Of a stretch of DNA of 22,221 nucleotides, positions 20,272-22,221 are shown piece by piece. Positions within the stretch are counted from its first letter, which is position 1. Every line of letters begins with the position of its first letter. The notes beneath the pieces were generated by a model, which made no database searches, had not been told where the DNA came from, and saw only the letters and a list, made by a program, of their open reading frames with translations. This DNA is from a virus. A program made the position numbers and the translations under genes. The stretch spans positions 1 through 22,221 of the IMG/VR virus record IMGVR_UViG_3300012924_000006, one strand, 5' to 3'.

Positions 20272-21972
20272 TTATGTTCCTAGCACTACCTGTACGTTTC
20301 CTCCACGCTTACGAATGGTATTGCGGAAAGGATCGATAAGCATCTCAGCAAGCTTCTCATTACCGAGTTGAATAGTGATGTGCTGCATACCAGAACCTCC
20401 ACCTCTCTGTCCCATGATCGTACGAGAAGAGTCATTGCTTCGTACTCGGGAACCTGGTGGCATATCAACGATCTCAGGACCATTCTCACCAACAAGTACC
20501 TGGTTGGATCTAGGACCACCGTTAGCGGCAGCACCAATAATTCCACCATGAGCAAATCCCAGCATACTCAGTGCCTTCTTGGCACCTGATACGAATACCT
20601 TCACACCGATGGAGACTGTCTTACCCACAAGGTTTCTAATCTTGGAGATGACGTTACCTACTGCGTTAATAGCTGAGGAAGCTCCTCGTACGCCAATAGA
20701 GACTGTCTTACCAATGAAGTTACGGATCTTATTGATAGCGCCACCAACAGCGCTTACAACGCCTCCTGCACCTCTCTGAAGGATTGATACTGTCTTACTG
20801 TTGAACTTGCGAATCCAATTGATAGCTGAAGTTACCCAGCCAATTACTGTAGAAGCACCCTTCTGGAAGAACGATACAGTCTTGTTCTTGACATTCTTTA
20901 CCCAGTTGATAATTCCCTTTGCCCAGTCAATAACAGCTTGGGCACCCTTCTGGACAAAGTTGATTGTCTTTCCCACGATACGTGCGATCCATAGAACAAT
21001 CTGCTTAATCTGATCTACAGCGGCAGGAGCCTTACTGATAATCAGGGTAAGGAACTGTGCGATATAGCTGATTACCTTAGCCAGTAGTGGATACATGAAC
21101 TGAATGTACTTTACATAACCCTGTAGAAGTACCAGGAAGATAGGTCCAACAGCCTTACCAAGCTCTAGCAGAGCGGCACCCAGTTGCTTGAAGGAAGGCC
21201 ATAGCTGTGCGAACACGGCGGACAGAGCAGTGATGACCTTGATACCCACAGGAAGCAGGGAGAACAGTGCAGAGATGACACCAACGAAAGCATCGACAGT
21301 ATCCTTCTGCTGGAACTGCTTACCAAGATCTCCCATGGCTGCACCCAGATCTCCAAGAAGCTTGGTGAATACTGGACCCAAAGCCTTGATAAGACCGTTG
21401 AATGCAGTAGCCATAGGCTTAAGAGCTGGAGCGAATGCCTTGAATCCCTTCATTACAGCGTCAAAGAACGACTGCAATGCAGGAGCCATATCGGTAAAGA
21501 TACTCTTCAGCATCGGTCCTGCGGCCTTGGCAAAGTCTCCTACTGTCTTGGCCACATGAACAAGCACAGGTTCCAGAGGCTTAGCAGCCTCAGTCAGTGT
21601 CTTACCAATCGTATCCTTCATCTTACCGAAGGCGTTCTGTACTACCTTGGCCTTCATAGCAGCCATGATACCGATACCGGCAAGGGCTCCGCCGACACCA
21701 AGGATGATAGCTCCACCCATAAGAGTAGCCAGCATAGGTGCAAGGACACCTACCAGCCCTGTGATACCCGCAAGAACATAAGGGTTGGAACCTGCGGAGC
21801 TTAGGGATTGTCCTAGTCCCTGAGAGATAGAGCTACCAGCACTGGCAAAGGCAGATCCCATAGAAGAAACCATGCTGCTGACCGCTCCACCGATAGAGCT
21901 TCGCAGAGATCTCAGAGAGCCAGCGATACCAGATGTGGCAGCACGAATGTGAACGGTTACTGTACTCGCCAT
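20272..21972 (-). CDS. Tape measure protein, 566 aa
   Basis: Position after the G/GT chaperone. Ser/Ala/Gly-rich N-terminus with hydrophobic segments, long helical middle with 29-aa tandem repeats, and a C-terminal LVGENGPEIV motif typical of TMPs. RBS AAAGGAG ccagta ATG. Confidence 0.9.
   Translation of the reverse strand: MASTVTVHIRAATSGIAGSLRSLRSSIGGAVSSMVSSMGSAFASAGSSISQGLGQSLSSAGSNPYVLAGITGLVGVLAPMLATLMGGAIILGVGGALAGIGIMAAMKAKVVQNAFGKMKDTIGKTLTEAAKPLEPVLVHVAKTVGDFAKAAGPMLKSIFTDMAPALQSFFDAVMKGFKAFAPALKPMATAFNGLIKALGPVFTKLLGDLGAAMGDLGKQFQQKDTVDAFVGVISALFSLLPVGIKVITALSAVFAQLWPSFKQLGAALLELGKAVGPIFLVLLQGYVKYIQFMYPLLAKVISYIAQFLTLIISKAPAAVDQIKQIVLWIARIVGKTINFVQKGAQAVIDWAKGIINWVKNVKNKTVSFFQKGASTVIGWVTSAINWIRKFNSKTVSILQRGAGGVVSAVGGAINKIRNFIGKTVSIGVRGASSAINAVGNVISKIRNLVGKTVSIGVKVFVSGAKKALSMLGFAHGGIIGAAANGGPRSNQVLVGENGPEIVDMPPGSRVRSNDSSRTIMGQRGGGSGMQHITIQLGNEKLAEMLIDPFRNTIRKRGGNVQVVLGT
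20575..20970 (-). repeat. In-frame tandem repeats in the TMP: about 4.5 copies of a 29-aa (87-nt) unit starting KT(I/V)(N/S)...
   Basis: Repeat-initial Lys at residues 335, 364, 393, 422 and 451 (KTINFVQKGAQAVIDWAKGIINWVKNVKN / KTVSFFQKGASTVIGWVTSAINWIRKFNS / KTVSILQRGAGGVVSAVGGAINKIRNFIG / KTVSIGVRGASSAINAVGNVISKIRNLVG / KTVSIGVKVF...). Confidence 0.85.
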
Positions 21973-21987
21973 TACTGGCTCCTTTCG

Positions 21988-22221
21988 TTAGTTGTAATCT
22001 TCGTATTCATCGTAGGACTCAGAACCCTCTGGCGTATCATCCTTACGTCCTCGGTTGTACACATGCAAGAGCTGGATTACCGAAGCATCCATGTTCTCAG
22101 CTACTTCAGGTGTGCAGTGGAACCACTGGCAGAGGTTGATAATCATCTCAGCCTCTACCAGTTCGTCCGGCTTTGTTACAACAGTTCCATCTGAAGTGAC
22201 GGCATTGGGGAAATCTCGCCA
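21988..22221 (-). CDS. -1 frame extension of the tail chaperone (gpT-like part of the G-T fusion); continues across the circular junction to the slippery site at 135-141
   Basis: Hand translation of the -1 frame: ...RLDLWRDFPNAVTSDGTVVTKPDELVEAEMIINLCQWFHCTPEVAENMDASVIQLLHVYNRGRKDDTPEGSESYDEYEDYN, then stop TAA at 21988-21990. No stop and no own start/RBS. Predicted fusion is ~196 aa (115 + 81). Confidence 0.75.
   Translation of the reverse strand, partial: WRDFPNAVTSDGTVVTKPDELVEAEMIINLCQWFHCTPEVAENMDASVIQLLHVYNRGRKDDTPEGSESYDEYEDYN
22099..22221. repeat. Terminal overlap copy 2 (identical to 1-123)
   Basis: See copy 1. Confidence 0.95.

Noticed and set aside
1-22221. tRNA or rRNA genes, integrase with attP, and transposase/IS elements
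   Set aside because: I found no cloverleaf-like intergenic segment long enough (all gaps are under 260 nt and are accounted for). No recombinase- or transposase-like ORF is present, and no terminal inverted repeats flank any gene.

Overview
The window is a complete, circularly closed genome of a small siphovirus-type tailed dsDNA phage. Bases 1-123 are identical to 22099-22221, so the unique length is 22,098 bp and the window was cut inside a tail-chaperone gene. About two thirds is one minus-strand late operon running 10827 -> 1, wrapping to 22098 -> 14832. Its order is: small ORF, TerS, TerL, small 2-TM protein, HK97-type portal, ClpP-like prohead protease, HK97-fold major capsid protein, two small unknown proteins, micro-ORF, enlarged head-tail adaptor, gp10-like neck protein, tail terminator, long tail-tube protein, Cys/His protein, short tail-tube paralogue, G/GT chaperone with a canonical G GGA AAA -1 slippery site, tape measure, a 1432-aa Dit-like giant tail protein and two distal tail proteins. 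The plus-strand early module (11757-14743) has two paralogous winged-helix proteins, an HTH protein, an RHH protein and several micro-ORFs below the 60-aa cutoff of the ORF track. The second winged-helix protein is a 409-aa initiator-like protein carrying a lambda-ori-like iteron array plus a purine-rich AT tract inside its own coding sequence. A small accessory island (10828-11598) lies between the modules. It holds an orphan Phd/YefM-fold gene preceded by paired TGTACA palindromes, a repeat-rich structured spacer, an XhlA-like tail-anchored membrane protein and a Zn-ribbon-like mini-protein. I could not recognise an integrase, DNA polymerase, helicase or endolysin. All functional calls rest on motif and architecture recognition by eye, with no database search. 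Coordinates of small ORFs, repeats and hairpins were derived by hand from the sequence.
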